Of a stretch of DNA of 64,000 nucleotides, positions 51,873 through 61,654 are shown one piece after another. The notes below the pieces were generated by a model. The model did no database searches and was not told the DNA's origin. It saw nothing but the letters and a program-made list of their open reading frames with translations. Source of the stretch: an uncultured delta proteobacterium. GTDB taxonomy: Bacteria; Myxococcota; Myxococcia; Myxococcales; Anaeromyxobacteraceae. The DNA is taken from positions 96,001 through 160,000 of the forward strand of contig CAVYBH010000013.1 of NCBI GenBank assembly GCA_963766715.1, in the 5' to 3' direction. A program made the position numbers and the translations under genes. Each line of letters begins with the position of its first letter. The first letter of the stretch is position 1.

Positions 51873-52804
51873 CGCTTTACGGGATCCGCTCCTGCGATTC
51901 CGGGGGGTTGCACGAACACCCGGATCGGGCGCAGCCCGTCCCCGCCCTCGGTGGGGGCGCAGACCGCCACCAGGTCCCCTCGCTCGTCGATGGCCCGGCA
52001 GAGCGGTCCAGGAGGCAGGCGCCGGAGCACCTTGCCCTGGGCCAGCGCCAGGGTCTCCGCGTCGCTCACCGGGACCGCAGGGAAGCCGGAGAGGGCATCG
52101 GCGGGACGGATCAGGCGGGCCCGGAGCGAGTCCGGGGCCGTGCGGGCCAGCGACTCGACCTCCTCGAGCGGGATGGCCTGGTCGATGGAGAACGGACCGG
52201 AGGCGGTCCGCCGGAGCGCGCCGAGGTGCGCCGGCACGCCCAGCGCCTGCCCGACGGAGGTGGCCAGCGTCCGGACGTAGGTCCCCTTCCCGCAGCGGAC
52301 CGAGACCCGCGCGCGCGCCAGGCCGCCCTCGGCCGGCTGGAAGGAGACGAGGTCGAGCGCGTGGACCACCACCCGGCGCGCCGCCCGCTCCACCACCTCG
52401 CCGGCGCGGGCCGCCTCGTGCAGGCGGCGGCCCCCCACCCGGATCGCCGAGTACATGGGCGGCACCTGGTCGATCTCGCCCACCAGCGCGGCGAGCGCCC
52501 CGGCCACCCGGCCCGCGTCGAGGGCGGACGGGTCGCCCCGCTCCACCTCGCGCCCCGCGGCGTCCTCGGTGTCGGTGGCGAAGCCGAAGACCAGGAGCGC
52601 GTCGTACCCCTTGTCGCTGTCGGTGATCCAGTGCTGGAGCTTCACCGCGTCGTCGAGGCAGACGGCCAGGACGCCGGTGGCGGTCGGGTCGAGCGTCCCG
52701 GTGTGGCCGGCCTTGCCCGCGCCGAGCGCGCGACGGACCCGCCCGACCACGTCGAAGCTGGTGGGGCCGGCCGGCTTGTCGACGACGAGGATTCCGCCCT
52801 TCAT
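51869..52804 (-). CDS. truB: tRNA pseudouridine(55) synthase
   Basis: GHTGTLDP, QVPPMYSA, CGKGTYVR. Confidence 0.95.
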   Translation of the reverse strand: MKGGILVVDKPAGPTSFDVVGRVRRALGAGKAGHTGTLDPTATGVLAVCLDDAVKLQHWITDSDKGYDALLVFGFATDTEDAAGREVERGDPSALDAGRVAGALAALVGEIDQVPPMYSAIRVGGRRLHEAARAGEVVERAARRVVVHALDLVSFQPAEGGLARARVSVRCGKGTYVRTLATSVGQALGVPAHLGALRRTASGPFSIDQAIPLEEVESLARTAPDSLRARLIRPADALSGFPAVPVSDAETLALAQGKVLRRLPPGPLCRAIDERGDLVAVCAPTEGGDGLRPIRVFVQPPGIAGADPVKR

Positions 52805-52823
52805 CGGGGGAGCGCGGGGCGCC

Positions 52824-53180
52824 TCACCGGCCGTCCTTGGCCTTGGCTTCCCGCAGCAGCCGCTCGATCTTGTCGCCTTCCTCGATGCTCGCGTCCCAGA
52901 CGAACTTCATGTGCGGGGTGGTGCGGAGCCGGAGGTTGTGCGCCGCCTCCCGCGCGAGGAACCCGGCGGCCGCGGTCAGGCCCTCCAGGGTCTTCTTGCG
53001 GACCGCCTCGTCGCCGTGGACGGAGACGTACACCACGGCCTCGCGCAGGTCGGGGGACATCTTGGCCCCCGTCACGGTGATGAAGCCCACCACCCGGGGA
53101 TCCTTGAGACCCCGGGCGATGATCGCCGACACCTCGTGCTGGAACTCCTCGGCCACGCGGGCCGGCCGGTCATGGGCCAT
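52824..53180 (-). CDS. rbfA: Ribosome-binding factor A
   Basis: LKDPRV, MSPDLREA, LRLRTTPHMKF; position in the infB operon. Confidence 0.95.
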   Translation of the reverse strand: MAHDRPARVAEEFQHEVSAIIARGLKDPRVVGFITVTGAKMSPDLREAVVYVSVHGDEAVRKKTLEGLTAAAGFLAREAAHNLRLRTTPHMKFVWDASIEEGDKIERLLREAKAKDGR

Positions 53181-53526
53181 GGTCTTCCTCCTCCGCTTCC
53201 GCCAGCGTCCGCCAGCCGCCGCCCAGGTCGTCCCCGAACGGCACGATCTCCAGCTTCCTGTCGGTGATGAGCATCTGCCCGCCGTGGGCCGACGCGACGA
53301 AGCCGGTCACCTTGTCGAGCATCTCGTTCAGGAAGGCGTGGTCGTTGCCGACCACCGCCACGCCCACCACGCTGCGCTGCCAGGTGTCGTTCTCGCCCAC
53401 CTCGGCGATGGACACCGGGTAGCGGGCGCGAACCCGGTCGAGCGCCGAGCGCAGCAGGTGCCGCTTCGACTTGAGCGACCCGGGGTCGGGCAGGTGCAGC
53501 GTCAGCCGTAGGATCCCGACGAACAC
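53170..53526 (-). CDS. DUF503 (YlxP-like) protein
   Basis: SLKSKR, VSIAEVGENDTWQR; lies between infB and rbfA. Confidence 0.9.
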   Translation of the reverse strand: MFVGILRLTLHLPDPGSLKSKRHLLRSALDRVRARYPVSIAEVGENDTWQRSVVGVAVVGNDHAFLNEMLDKVTGFVASAHGGQMLITDRKLEIVPFGDDLGGGWRTLAEAEEEDHGP

Positions 53527-53553
53527 GCCACTGCCTCCGCCCCGGGGGCGCCG

Positions 53554-56266
53554 CTAGTCCAGCGACGGCCGGATCTCCTCGAGCTCGTAGGCGTCGAAGA
53601 CGTCGCCCACCTTGAAGTCGGAGAAGTTCTCGATGCCGATGCCGCACTCGAAGCCGGCCTGGACTTCCTTCACGTCGTCCTTGATCCGGCGGAGCGAGGC
53701 GATCTTCCCGCTGTGGACGACCTTCCGGTCGCGCAGGACGCGGACGTGGGCGCCGCGCTTGATGACGCCCTCGGTGACCGCCGACCCGGCGATGGTGCCG
53801 GCCCGCGGGATGTTGAAGACCGCGCGGCACCTCGGCCTTGCCGAGCGGCTTCTCCTTGATGATCGGATCGAGCAGCCCCACCATCTCCTCGCGGATCGTG
53901 TCGGCCGCCTCGTAGATGATGTCGAAGAGGAAGATCTTCACGCTCTGCTGGCTGGCAATCTGCTCGACCTTGGTCTCGGGCTTGGTGTGGAAGCCCACGA
54001 TGATGCCCTTGCCCGCCGCGGCGGTGAGGACGTCGGACTCGGTGACCGCGCCCACGCCGGAGTCGAGGACGTTGACCTTGACCTTGCGCGTGGAGAGCTT
54101 GGTGAGCGCCTGCGAGACGGCCTCGGACGAGCCCTGGACGTCGGCCTTGACGACCACGTTCAGCTCCTTGGCGCCGCCCGGCTTGGACTTGGCGAAGAGG
54201 TCCTCGAGGGTGGCCCGCTTGACCGATCCCAGCTCCTTGGCCCGGGCCTTCTCGGCGCGGTGGCCGGCGACCTCCTTGGCGGACTTCTCGTCGGAGACGA
54301 CGTTGAAGTCGTCGCCGGCGGTGGGCACGCCGGAGAGCCCGAGGACCTCGACCGGGTAGCCGGGGAGGACCTCCTTCACCTGCTCGCCGCGCTCGTTCAT
54401 CATCGCGCGGACCTTGCCGTAGTGACTGCCGGTGACCATGGCGTCGCCGACCCGCAGCGTGCCCTCCTGGACCAGCACGGTGGCCACGGGGCCGCGCCCC
54501 TTCTCGAGCTTGGCCTCGATGATCACGCCGGAGGAGACCTGCTCCGGGTTCGACTTGAGGTCGAGCACCTCGGCCTGCAGGGCGATGTACTCGAGCAGCT
54601 CGGGGAGCCCCTGCTTCGTGCGGGCCGACACCGGCATCATGATGGTCGTGCCGCCCCACTGCTCGGGCACCATCTCGTACTCGGTGAGCTGCTGCATGAC
54701 GCGCTCGGGCGTGGCGCCCGGCTTGTCGATCTTGTTGATGGCCACGAGCACCGTCACGCCGGCTGCCTTGGCGTGCTTGATGGCCTCGATGGTCTGCGGC
54801 ATGACGCCGTCGTCGGCGGCCACCACCAGCACCACCAGGTCGGTGACCTGGGCCCCGCGCTGCCGCATGGCCGTGAAGGCCTCGTGGCCGGGCGTGTCGA
54901 GGAAGGTGATGGGACCGTGGGTGGTCTGCACCGAGTAGGCGCCGATGTGCTGGGTGATGCCGCCGGCCTCCCCGGCCGCCACGTCCGCCTTGCGGATGGC
55001 GTCGAGCAGCGAGGTCTTGCCGTGGTCGACGTGGCCCATGACGGTCACGACGGGCGGGCGGTTGACCAGCTTCGACTCGTCCTCGGCGACCTCGGGGATG
55101 AACTCCTCGACCTCGAAGCCCTTCTTCTCGACGGTGAAGCCGAAGTCGGTGGCCAGGAGCGCGGCCGTGTCGGCGTCGATCTGCTGGTTGATGGTGGCCA
55201 TGGTGCCGCCGACCATCAGCTTCCGGATCAGGTCGGAGGCCTTCACGCCCATGGCCTGCGAGAGCGCCGAGACGCTGATCGACTCCTCGATCCGGATCAC
55301 CTTCTTGTGCTCGGCGCGCTCGGTCACCTGCGTCTTCGATCCCTTCTTGATGGGCTTCTTCTTCTTGCCGCGGACGGGCACGAAGGACCGATCGGTCATG
55401 GCCGTCGCGAGCAGGTCCTTGGGGGTGAGCGACTTGTCGGCCTCGCCACCCGGGCGCCCGGTGCCGCGGCGCTTCTTGTCCTTGGAGACGTCGATGAACT
55501 CGCGCTCGCGCCCGAGGCTGCCGGGGACGACCTTCAGCTCGCGGACCTCGCCGAGCGCCCGGGGGCCGGGGGCGGCGGGGTAGTTGCCGCGCGCCGACGT
55601 GGGCGGCGTGACCCGGCGGACCGGCGTGGTCGGACGGGAGATGACCACCGCCTGGGTGGAGGTCGGACGGAGCGTCCGGGGATCCGGGCCCGGCCGGTGG
55701 ACCGTGGGGGCCGTGGGGGTCGTGGCTGCCATGGGTGCGCGAGGTGCGGCCGGAGGTGCGTGGACCGCCGGACGGGGCGGCGCCGCCGGGGCCGGGGTGG
55801 CCGCCGGTGCGTGCGTGGGGGGCGTGGTCTCGGACGGCGGCGCGTCGGGAGAGGGCTGCGCCTCGGCCGCCGGAGCGGCCTCCTCGGCCGGGGCGGCCTC
55901 GGCCGCGACGGGCTCGGCGGCCTCCTGCTGCTCCGCCTCGAGGGGGGCCTCGTCCTCGTACTCGCCCTCCTCCTCCTCGGGAGCGGCTGCCTCCTCGACG
56001 GGGGCGGCCACCGGCGTGGGCTCGACGTGGGCGCGCTTGCGCACCACGAAGCCCGGGCCGGTGGGGCGCGGAGCGGCGGCCTTGGGCTTCCGCTCGGCGA
56101 CGATCCGCTCGTAGGCGGACTGGCACTGGTCCTCCTCGAGCGACGAGGAGTGGCTCTTCACGTCGTAACCCAGGGCGTGGAGCTTCTCGACGAGCTCCTG
56201 ATTCGAGAGCTCGATCCCCGCCTCCTTGAGCTGCTTGCCCAGCTCGTGCACGCGCTTCTTCGACAT
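53554..56266 (-). CDS. infB: Translation initiation factor IF-2 (frameshift ~53822)
   Basis: [32 protein letters not shown]-terminus continues in another frame to TAG at 53554. Confidence 0.97.
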
Positions 56267-56278
56267 GGAACCTGTCTC

Positions 56279-56539
56279 CTAAACCCTGCCGCCGTTGCCC
56301 GTCAACTGCTCACGGAGCCGCGATTCGTCCACTGCCACGGGCGCCCGGAACGCCCTTGCAAAGCCCTTGCGCTTCACCGCGCGGGCCAGGCAGGCGCCCC
56401 CGGAATGAATCCATGCACCGCGGCCGTCCCCGTGCTCCCGGTCGACGGCGACGCCGCCCTCGACCAGGCGCAGGCGCACGAGTGCCGTCGCGGGCAGCTT
56501 CTCCCCGCATCCGACGCACGTGCGCTCCGGAGTCGCCAT
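56279..56539 (-). CDS. ylxR: YlxR/DUF448 RNA-binding protein
   Basis: PERTCVGC, GRGAWI; lies between nusA and infB. Confidence 0.9.
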   Translation of the reverse strand: MATPERTCVGCGEKLPATALVRLRLVEGGVAVDREHGDGRGAWIHSGGACLARAVKRKGFARAFRAPVAVDESRLREQLTGNGGRV

Positions 56540-56541
56540 CG

Positions 56542-58206
56542 CTAGACCGGCGACCCCGTCCCGCGGCTCTTCTCGGAGTCGAGCTCGTCCCGCAGCCGCT
56601 TCTCCTCGTCGAGGTAGATGCCCACGGCGTGCTTGATCTGCCGGGCCTTCTTGATGCCCAGGTCCGTCGAGTCGGCCAGCTTGTTCACGTCGGGCTCGGC
56701 GTGGATGGCCTCCACGGTCCCGTAGCCGGCGGCCTTGAGCTGCTCGATGGTCTTCTCGCCCACCCCGCGGACGCGGGCCATGCGCTCCTCCTGGGAGAGG
56801 TCGCTGGGGTGGCGGCGCGCCTCGGCGATGCGGGCGGCCTCGCGCTCCTGCTCGAGCCGGATCTCCTCCTCGGCGTCGACGATGGCCTGCTCCCGCGCCC
56901 GCTTCTGCAGCGCCGGGATCATGTCCATGTCGAAGCCGGGGAACTGCGTGAGCATCTCGGCCGACGCGTTCGCGACGTCCTGCGACTTGCGGAACCCGTG
57001 GGCGTACAGCATCTCCTGCGTCGCCTCGGGGATGTCGATGGCGGTGAAGCTGCGGGTCGCGAACTCGCGCATCTCCTTCACGCGCGACTCGCTGTTGATG
57101 TCGAGCTTCCACCCGGTGAGCTGGGAGGCGAGGCGCACGTTCTGGCCGCGGCGCCCGATGGCCAGCGAGAGCTGGTCGTCGGGGACGATGATCTCCATGG
57201 CCCGGTTCTGCTCGTCGAGCAGCACGCGGGAGACCTCGGCGGGCGCCAGCGCGTTGCAGACGAAGCGGGCCGGATCCTCGTGCCAGGGGACGATGTCGAT
57301 CTTCTCGCCGCGGAGCTCCTGGACGACGGCCTGGACGCGGCTGCCCTTCATGCCGACGCAGGCGCCGACCGGGTCGACGTCGCTGTCGCGCGACGACACG
57401 GCGATCTTGGCCCGCCCACCCGGCTCGCGGGCGGCGGCCTCGATGACCACCACGCCCTCGGCGATCTCCGGGACCTCCATCTCGAAGAGCTTGCGGAGCA
57501 GCTCGACCGAGGCGCGGGACAGGATGATCTGCGGCCCGCGCGACTCGCGGAGCACGTCGAAGACGTAGGCCTGGATGCGGTCGCCGGCCCGGTAGCTCTC
57601 GCGGGGAACCTGCTCGCGCACCGGGAGGACGGCCTCGGCGCGTCCCAGGTCGACGATGACGTTGCCGCGCTCGAACCGGCGGACGATCCCGGTGATGACC
57701 TCGCCCTTGCGGTCCTTGTACTCGTTGAAGATGTTCTCGCGCTCGGCGTTGCGCGTGCCCTGGATCATGACCTGCTTGGCGGTCTGGGCGGCGATGCGGC
57801 CGAAGCTGCGGCGGTAGGTCTTGAGCTTGAGGAGGTCGCCCCACTGCTCGTCCTGGGCGCGGGCCAGGGCCTCGTCGTCCGGGCTGTAGTAGATGGGGAA
57901 GTCGAGCTCGTCGCCGGGCTCCACCTCGATGCCCTTCTCGTGTGCGAACGAGACCGGGATCATGTTCACCGGGTCGGGCAGCGGGTTCTCCTCGGTCGGG
58001 TCGTCGACGATGGTCAGGACCTGGAAGGTGTCGACCTTCCCGCGGTCCTCGTCGAAGTGGGCCTTGAGCGCCCGCTCCATGCCGAAGTGCTTCTTGGCGG
58101 CGGTGGCGATGGCCTCCTCGAGGATCGCGACGAGCGTCCCCCGGTCGATGCCCTTGTCCTTCGCGACCTGGTCCAGGATCAGGCTCAGATTGACGTTCGG
58201 CTGCAT
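56542..58206 (-). CDS. nusA: Transcription termination factor NusA with C-terminal HhH extension
   Basis: [38 protein letters not shown]. Confidence 0.97.
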   Translation of the reverse strand: MQPNVNLSLILDQVAKDKGIDRGTLVAILEEAIATAAKKHFGMERALKAHFDEDRGKVDTFQVLTIVDDPTEENPLPDPVNMIPVSFAHEKGIEVEPGDELDFPIYYSPDDEALARAQDEQWGDLLKLKTYRRSFGRIAAQTAKQVMIQGTRNAERENIFNEYKDRKGEVITGIVRRFERGNVIVDLGRAEAVLPVREQVPRESYRAGDRIQAYVFDVLRESRGPQIILSRASVELLRKLFEMEVPEIAEGVVVIEAAAREPGGRAKIAVSSRDSDVDPVGACVGMKGSRVQAVVQELRGEKIDIVPWHEDPARFVCNALAPAEVSRVLLDEQNRAMEIIVPDDQLSLAIGRRGQNVRLASQLTGWKLDINSESRVKEMREFATRSFTAIDIPEATQEMLYAHGFRKSQDVANASAEMLTQFPGFDMDMIPALQKRAREQAIVDAEEEIRLEQEREAARIAEARRHPSDLSQEERMARVRGVGEKTIEQLKAAGYGTVEAIHAEPDVNKLADSTDLGIKKARQIKHAVGIYLDEEKRLRDELDSEKSRGTGSPV

Positions 58207-58208
58207 GG

Positions 58209-58721
58209 CTACTCCTTCCTCCTCAGATCGGCTTCGAGGTCGTACTCGAGGTTGGCCTTCGCGACCCGGTCGGCGGGGATGCGATGGACCTTGCCGTCCA
58301 CCTCGATCTCCACCGCACCGTCCCGGAATCCGCGAAGCGTCCCCGACCACTGCTTGCGGGGCGGAAGCCCCGGTGCACTCTCCAGCGGACCGAAGGCCTT
58401 CACCTTGGCCCGCTGACCAGCAAATCTCTGAAAATCCTCGGGCTTCCGCATCGGCCGGTCGACGCCGGGGGAGCTCACCTCGAGGCTGTAGGCCGGCTCG
58501 ATGAAGTCCTCGACGTCGAGGATCGTCTCGACCAGCCGCGACACCGCCTGGCAGTCGTCGATCCCGACCCCGCCCGGCTTGTCCACGTAGAGCCGCAGGA
58601 CCCAGGCGCCGCCCTCGCGAAGCCACTCGGCCTCGACGAGCTCGTAGCCCTCGCGCGCGAGCACGGGCTCGAGGAGCTTTCGCGCGCGCTCCGCGACGGA
58701 TTCCTGTGTGATTCCTGTCAT
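58209..58721 (-). CDS. rimP: Ribosome maturation factor RimP
   Basis: LRLYVDKPGGVGIDDC, YSLEVSSPGVDRP. Confidence 0.96.
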   Translation of the reverse strand: MTGITQESVAERARKLLEPVLAREGYELVEAEWLREGGAWVLRLYVDKPGGVGIDDCQAVSRLVETILDVEDFIEPAYSLEVSSPGVDRPMRKPEDFQRFAGQRAKVKAFGPLESAPGLPPRKQWSGTLRGFRDGAVEIEVDGKVHRIPADRVAKANLEYDLEADLRRKE

Positions 58722-58734
58722 GGCTCCAGAAATG

Positions 58735-58764
58735 AAAAAAGTGGGCGCTACGGCGGCCCACTTT
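58735..58764 (-). promoter_or_regulatory. rimP leader attenuator hairpin
   Basis: AAAGTGGGC...GCCCACTTTTTT in the 5' UTR of rimP, matching the known terminator-like rimP leader. Confidence 0.8.
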
Positions 58765-58800
58765 CGAGTCCCGGCTACCCGGGGGCGAAAATGTGGGGTG

Positions 58801-58829
58801 GTCGTAACCTAGGGGGCCCCCATAGTCAA
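58801..58829 (-). promoter_or_regulatory. Sigma70 promoter of the rimP-nusA-infB operon
   Basis: TTGACT-17 nt-TACGAC. Confidence 0.65.
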
Positions 58830-59609
58830 GGAGGGCCGGGGGGCGGGGCGGAGGCTCCAGCGGAGGAGGGACGCGCCCACGGCGAGGACGGAAAGGCCCA
58901 GGATCCCGAAACTTACGGGGTCCCGGAGGAGCGGTCCGGCGAGGGCCGGGAGAGCCAGGACGACCCCGTTCGCGACGGCGTGACCGAGGAGCGGCAGGGC
59001 GAGGTTGCCAGAGGCGGCCATGAGCCACGAAAGGAAGACCCCTGCGGCGAGCGTGAAGGTCACCTGCACCGGGTTCGTGTGGATGGCGGCGAAGAGCGCA
59101 GCCGAGAGGAGGATGGCCGTCCAGCGCCGGTAGGCCAGGAGGAAGCCGCCCAGGAGCACCCCACGGAACATCGTCTCCTCGGTGAGCGGGGCGACGAGGA
59201 CGGCCTTCACGAAAGGGGCGGTGGCCAGCTGGGCCACGAGGGGGTTCTCGCCTCGCGGGAGGAACGCCGCGACCGAGGCGAGGAGGCCGAGGTTCGCGAG
59301 CTGCAGCCCGGCGACCGAGACGGCGACGAGGAGTGACGCCCACGCCGAAGGCGGGCGAACCGGGAGCACGACGCGCCAGGGACGACCCGTCAGTCGCTTC
59401 CCGAGCCAGACCACCGACAACGCGGAGGCGGCGGAGATCGCGATTGAGACTGCGGCAGCCCACGGAGAGCCGGGCCAGGACCGTTCGATGCCTCCGGCGA
59501 ACATTCCTCCTAGGTTTCTCGCGACCAGGAACAGGACCCACAGCACGATCCCCTGCCCGAGCGTCGGGAGGAATGGCGTGTCGCCCGTGTGGCCCGCAGG
59601 GCGTTCCAT
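58809..59609 (-). CDS. CPBP (Abi/CAAX) family intramembrane glutamic endopeptidase
   Basis: APLTEETMFRG, SAALFAAIH, GHAVAN; multiple TM segments. Confidence 0.88.
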   Translation of the reverse strand: MERPAGHTGDTPFLPTLGQGIVLWVLFLVARNLGGMFAGGIERSWPGSPWAAAVSIAISAASALSVVWLGKRLTGRPWRVVLPVRPPSAWASLLVAVSVAGLQLANLGLLASVAAFLPRGENPLVAQLATAPFVKAVLVAPLTEETMFRGVLLGGFLLAYRRWTAILLSAALFAAIHTNPVQVTFTLAAGVFLSWLMAASGNLALPLLGHAVANGVVLALPALAGPLLRDPVSFGILGLSVLAVGASLLRWSLRPAPRPSLTMGAP

Positions 59610-59867
59610 GAAGTGGGGAGTATACCGTCCGTCACGCGGACCTCGGCCAGGTGGGGCGTAAGGAAGCGCTGCCCTTGACGCGTTTCCGGTGGGTTTCGAT
59701 CCCGTCGATTGGGGTGGCGCGGGAAGGCGCTCCTCGACGCCGCAGCTCGCTCCAGAAGCGCGAATGGGGTTCGTGGCGAGGGTCGAGATCTCCGCGCGAG
59801 GGCGCGCCGCCGTGGCCATCCCCGTGCGTTTCCGGAGGCCCGGAATTCGCATGAGACAGTGGATGCC

Positions 59868-60877
59868 ATGAACGAAGATACCAACTCTGCCGTCACCTCC
59901 GTCACGCCCACGCTTCCTCCCGCCGCCTCGCCGACCTTCTGCGCCGGGAACACTCGGCCCTGGCCGACTTCCTGGTCGCCCTCGCCGAGTTCGACCGACG
60001 GGCGGCTTCCGGAGCCTCGGCTACGCGAACGTCTTCGACTACCTCCACCGGGAGCTCGGCCTGTCTCGAGGCGCGGCGCACTACCGGCAGGTCGCGGCGC
60101 GACTCGTGGCCCGCTTCCCGGAGGTCGATGGAGCCGCTCCGCGATGGGCGGCTGTGCCTCTCGTCCGTGCTGGAGCTATCGAAGGTGATCACGGGTGAGA
60201 ACCGGTACGATGTCCTGCCGCGGTTCTTCCATCTCTCCCGGGAGGAGGCGAAGGCCGTCGCCGTGGAGATCGCTCCGGCGATGGTGATTCCGCGGAGGAC
60301 GGTCGTCACACCGCTGCCGTGGTTCGAGCCGGTGCGACGTGCAGAAACCGGTCCCAATGAATTCAGCGGCTTCGCGTTCATCGGGTGAACTGCGGCTCCC
60401 CCGGAAGCGCCCCGGAGCGCTGGTCGAGCCGCTCACGCGCGACGCGCAGACCGTCTCCACCTCACGGTCTCGCGGGCACTGCTCGTCAAGTTGTAGCGAG
60501 GGCGCAGTGCCGGCCAGGCACACGTCCACGCCGGGCGCCTCCGACGAACAGGTCATCGAGGCGGCACTGGATCTGCTGCTCGCCCAGCAGGAGAAGCGCC
60601 GGGCGGCCGTGCCCCCGAAGGTGAAGCGGGAGGTGATGGAGCGGGACGGGGGGAAGTGCACGTGGCCCCTGGCCTCGGGAGGGGTGTGTGGCTCGGAAAC
60701 GAGGCTCGAGATCGACCACGTGGTTCCACGCGGGAAGGGCGGTCCATCCGCGGCGGGGAACTGCAGGGTCCTCTGCCGGGCCCACAACCTGGAGGCGGCG
60801 CGGAGAGAATACGGGGACGAGGTGATGGACCGCTTCGCGCCGAGGAATCCCGTCGCGGGAGAAGCCTGCGCCCTCTA
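59868..60877 (+). pseudogene. Degenerate HNH endonuclease with DUF222/13E12-like N-terminal region (end approximate)
   Basis: ALADFLVALAEFD, GYANVFDYL, REVMERDGGKC...C...LEIDHVVPRGKGG...NCRVLCRAHN; at least five frameshifts plus an apparent in-frame TAG ~60495. Confidence 0.7.
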
Positions 60878-61645
60878 CTTCGCGGAAGGCGCCGCCAGGC
60901 CCAGGAGCCACTCCCGGTTTCCCGCCGGTCCGGCGATGGGCGACTCGGCGTGGCCGAGCACCTCGAAGCCGAGCTCGCGCGCCGCCGCCTCGACCCCGTG
61001 CAACGCCGAGAGCCTCTTCCCATCCTCCCGGACCACCCCGCCCTTCCCCACCTCGCCCTTCCCCACCTCGAACTGGGGCTTCACGAGCACGATGGCCCGG
61101 CCGCCGGGCCGCAAGAGCGCCTTCACGGCCGGCAGCACCAGCCGCAGCGAGATGAAGGACAGATCGCCGACCACCAGGTCCACGTCCTCGCCGAGCGCGC
61201 CGGCCTCGAGGAGCCGCGCGTTGACGCGCTCGTGGACCACGACGCGTGGATCGCCGCGCAGCTTCGGATGGAGCTGCCCGTAGCCGACGTCGACCGCGTG
61301 GACCCGCGCGGCCCCCCGCTGGAGGAGCAGGTCGGTGAAGCCGCCGGTCGAGGCGCCCAGGTCGGCGCAGACCTTCCCGGCCGGATCGACGGGGAGCACC
61401 TCGAGCGCCTTCTCCAGCTTGAGCGCGCCGCGGGAGACGTACTTCTGCGGCGCCGCGCCCTCCTTGATCCGGAGGGCGACCTCGGGGTCGAGGAGCTGCC
61501 CGGGCTTCTCCACCCGGGTCTCGCCGGTGGCGGGGTCCCCGGCCACCACCGCACCGGCCATGACGAGGGCCTGGGCCTGGGTTCGCGACGTGGCGAGCCC
61601 GCGCTCCACGAGCAGGAGGTCGGCGCGCTGGCGGCGGACGGCCAC
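60875..61645 (-). CDS. tlyA: TlyA-family rRNA (cytidine-2'-O)-methyltransferase
   Basis: YVSRGALKL, DLGASTGGFTD, LVKPQFE, GPAGNREW. Confidence 0.95.
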   Translation of the reverse strand: MAVRRQRADLLLVERGLATSRTQAQALVMAGAVVAGDPATGETRVEKPGQLLDPEVALRIKEGAAPQKYVSRGALKLEKALEVLPVDPAGKVCADLGASTGGFTDLLLQRGAARVHAVDVGYGQLHPKLRGDPRVVVHERVNARLLEAGALGEDVDLVVGDLSFISLRLVLPAVKALLRPGGRAIVLVKPQFEVGKGEVGKGGVVREDGKRLSALHGVEAAARELGFEVLGHAESPIAGPAGNREWLLGLAAPSAK

Positions 61646-61654
61646 GGGCGGGCG

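Noticed and set aside
53800..53840. Programmed frameshift in infB (likewise purB, uvrA, acnB)
   Set aside because: No common slippery sequence, and the indels are scattered across unrelated genes; sequencing error is the simpler explanation
58809..59609. CPBP/Abi gene as an abortive-infection defence system
   Set aside because: The Abi label of this family is historical; it is a membrane protease family, and no defence genes accompany it
59610..60877. HNH gene as IscB/Cas9/HEARO-type RNA-guided nuclease
   Set aside because: No RuvC motifs, PLMP N-terminus or bridge helix visible, and no recognisable omegaRNA or array
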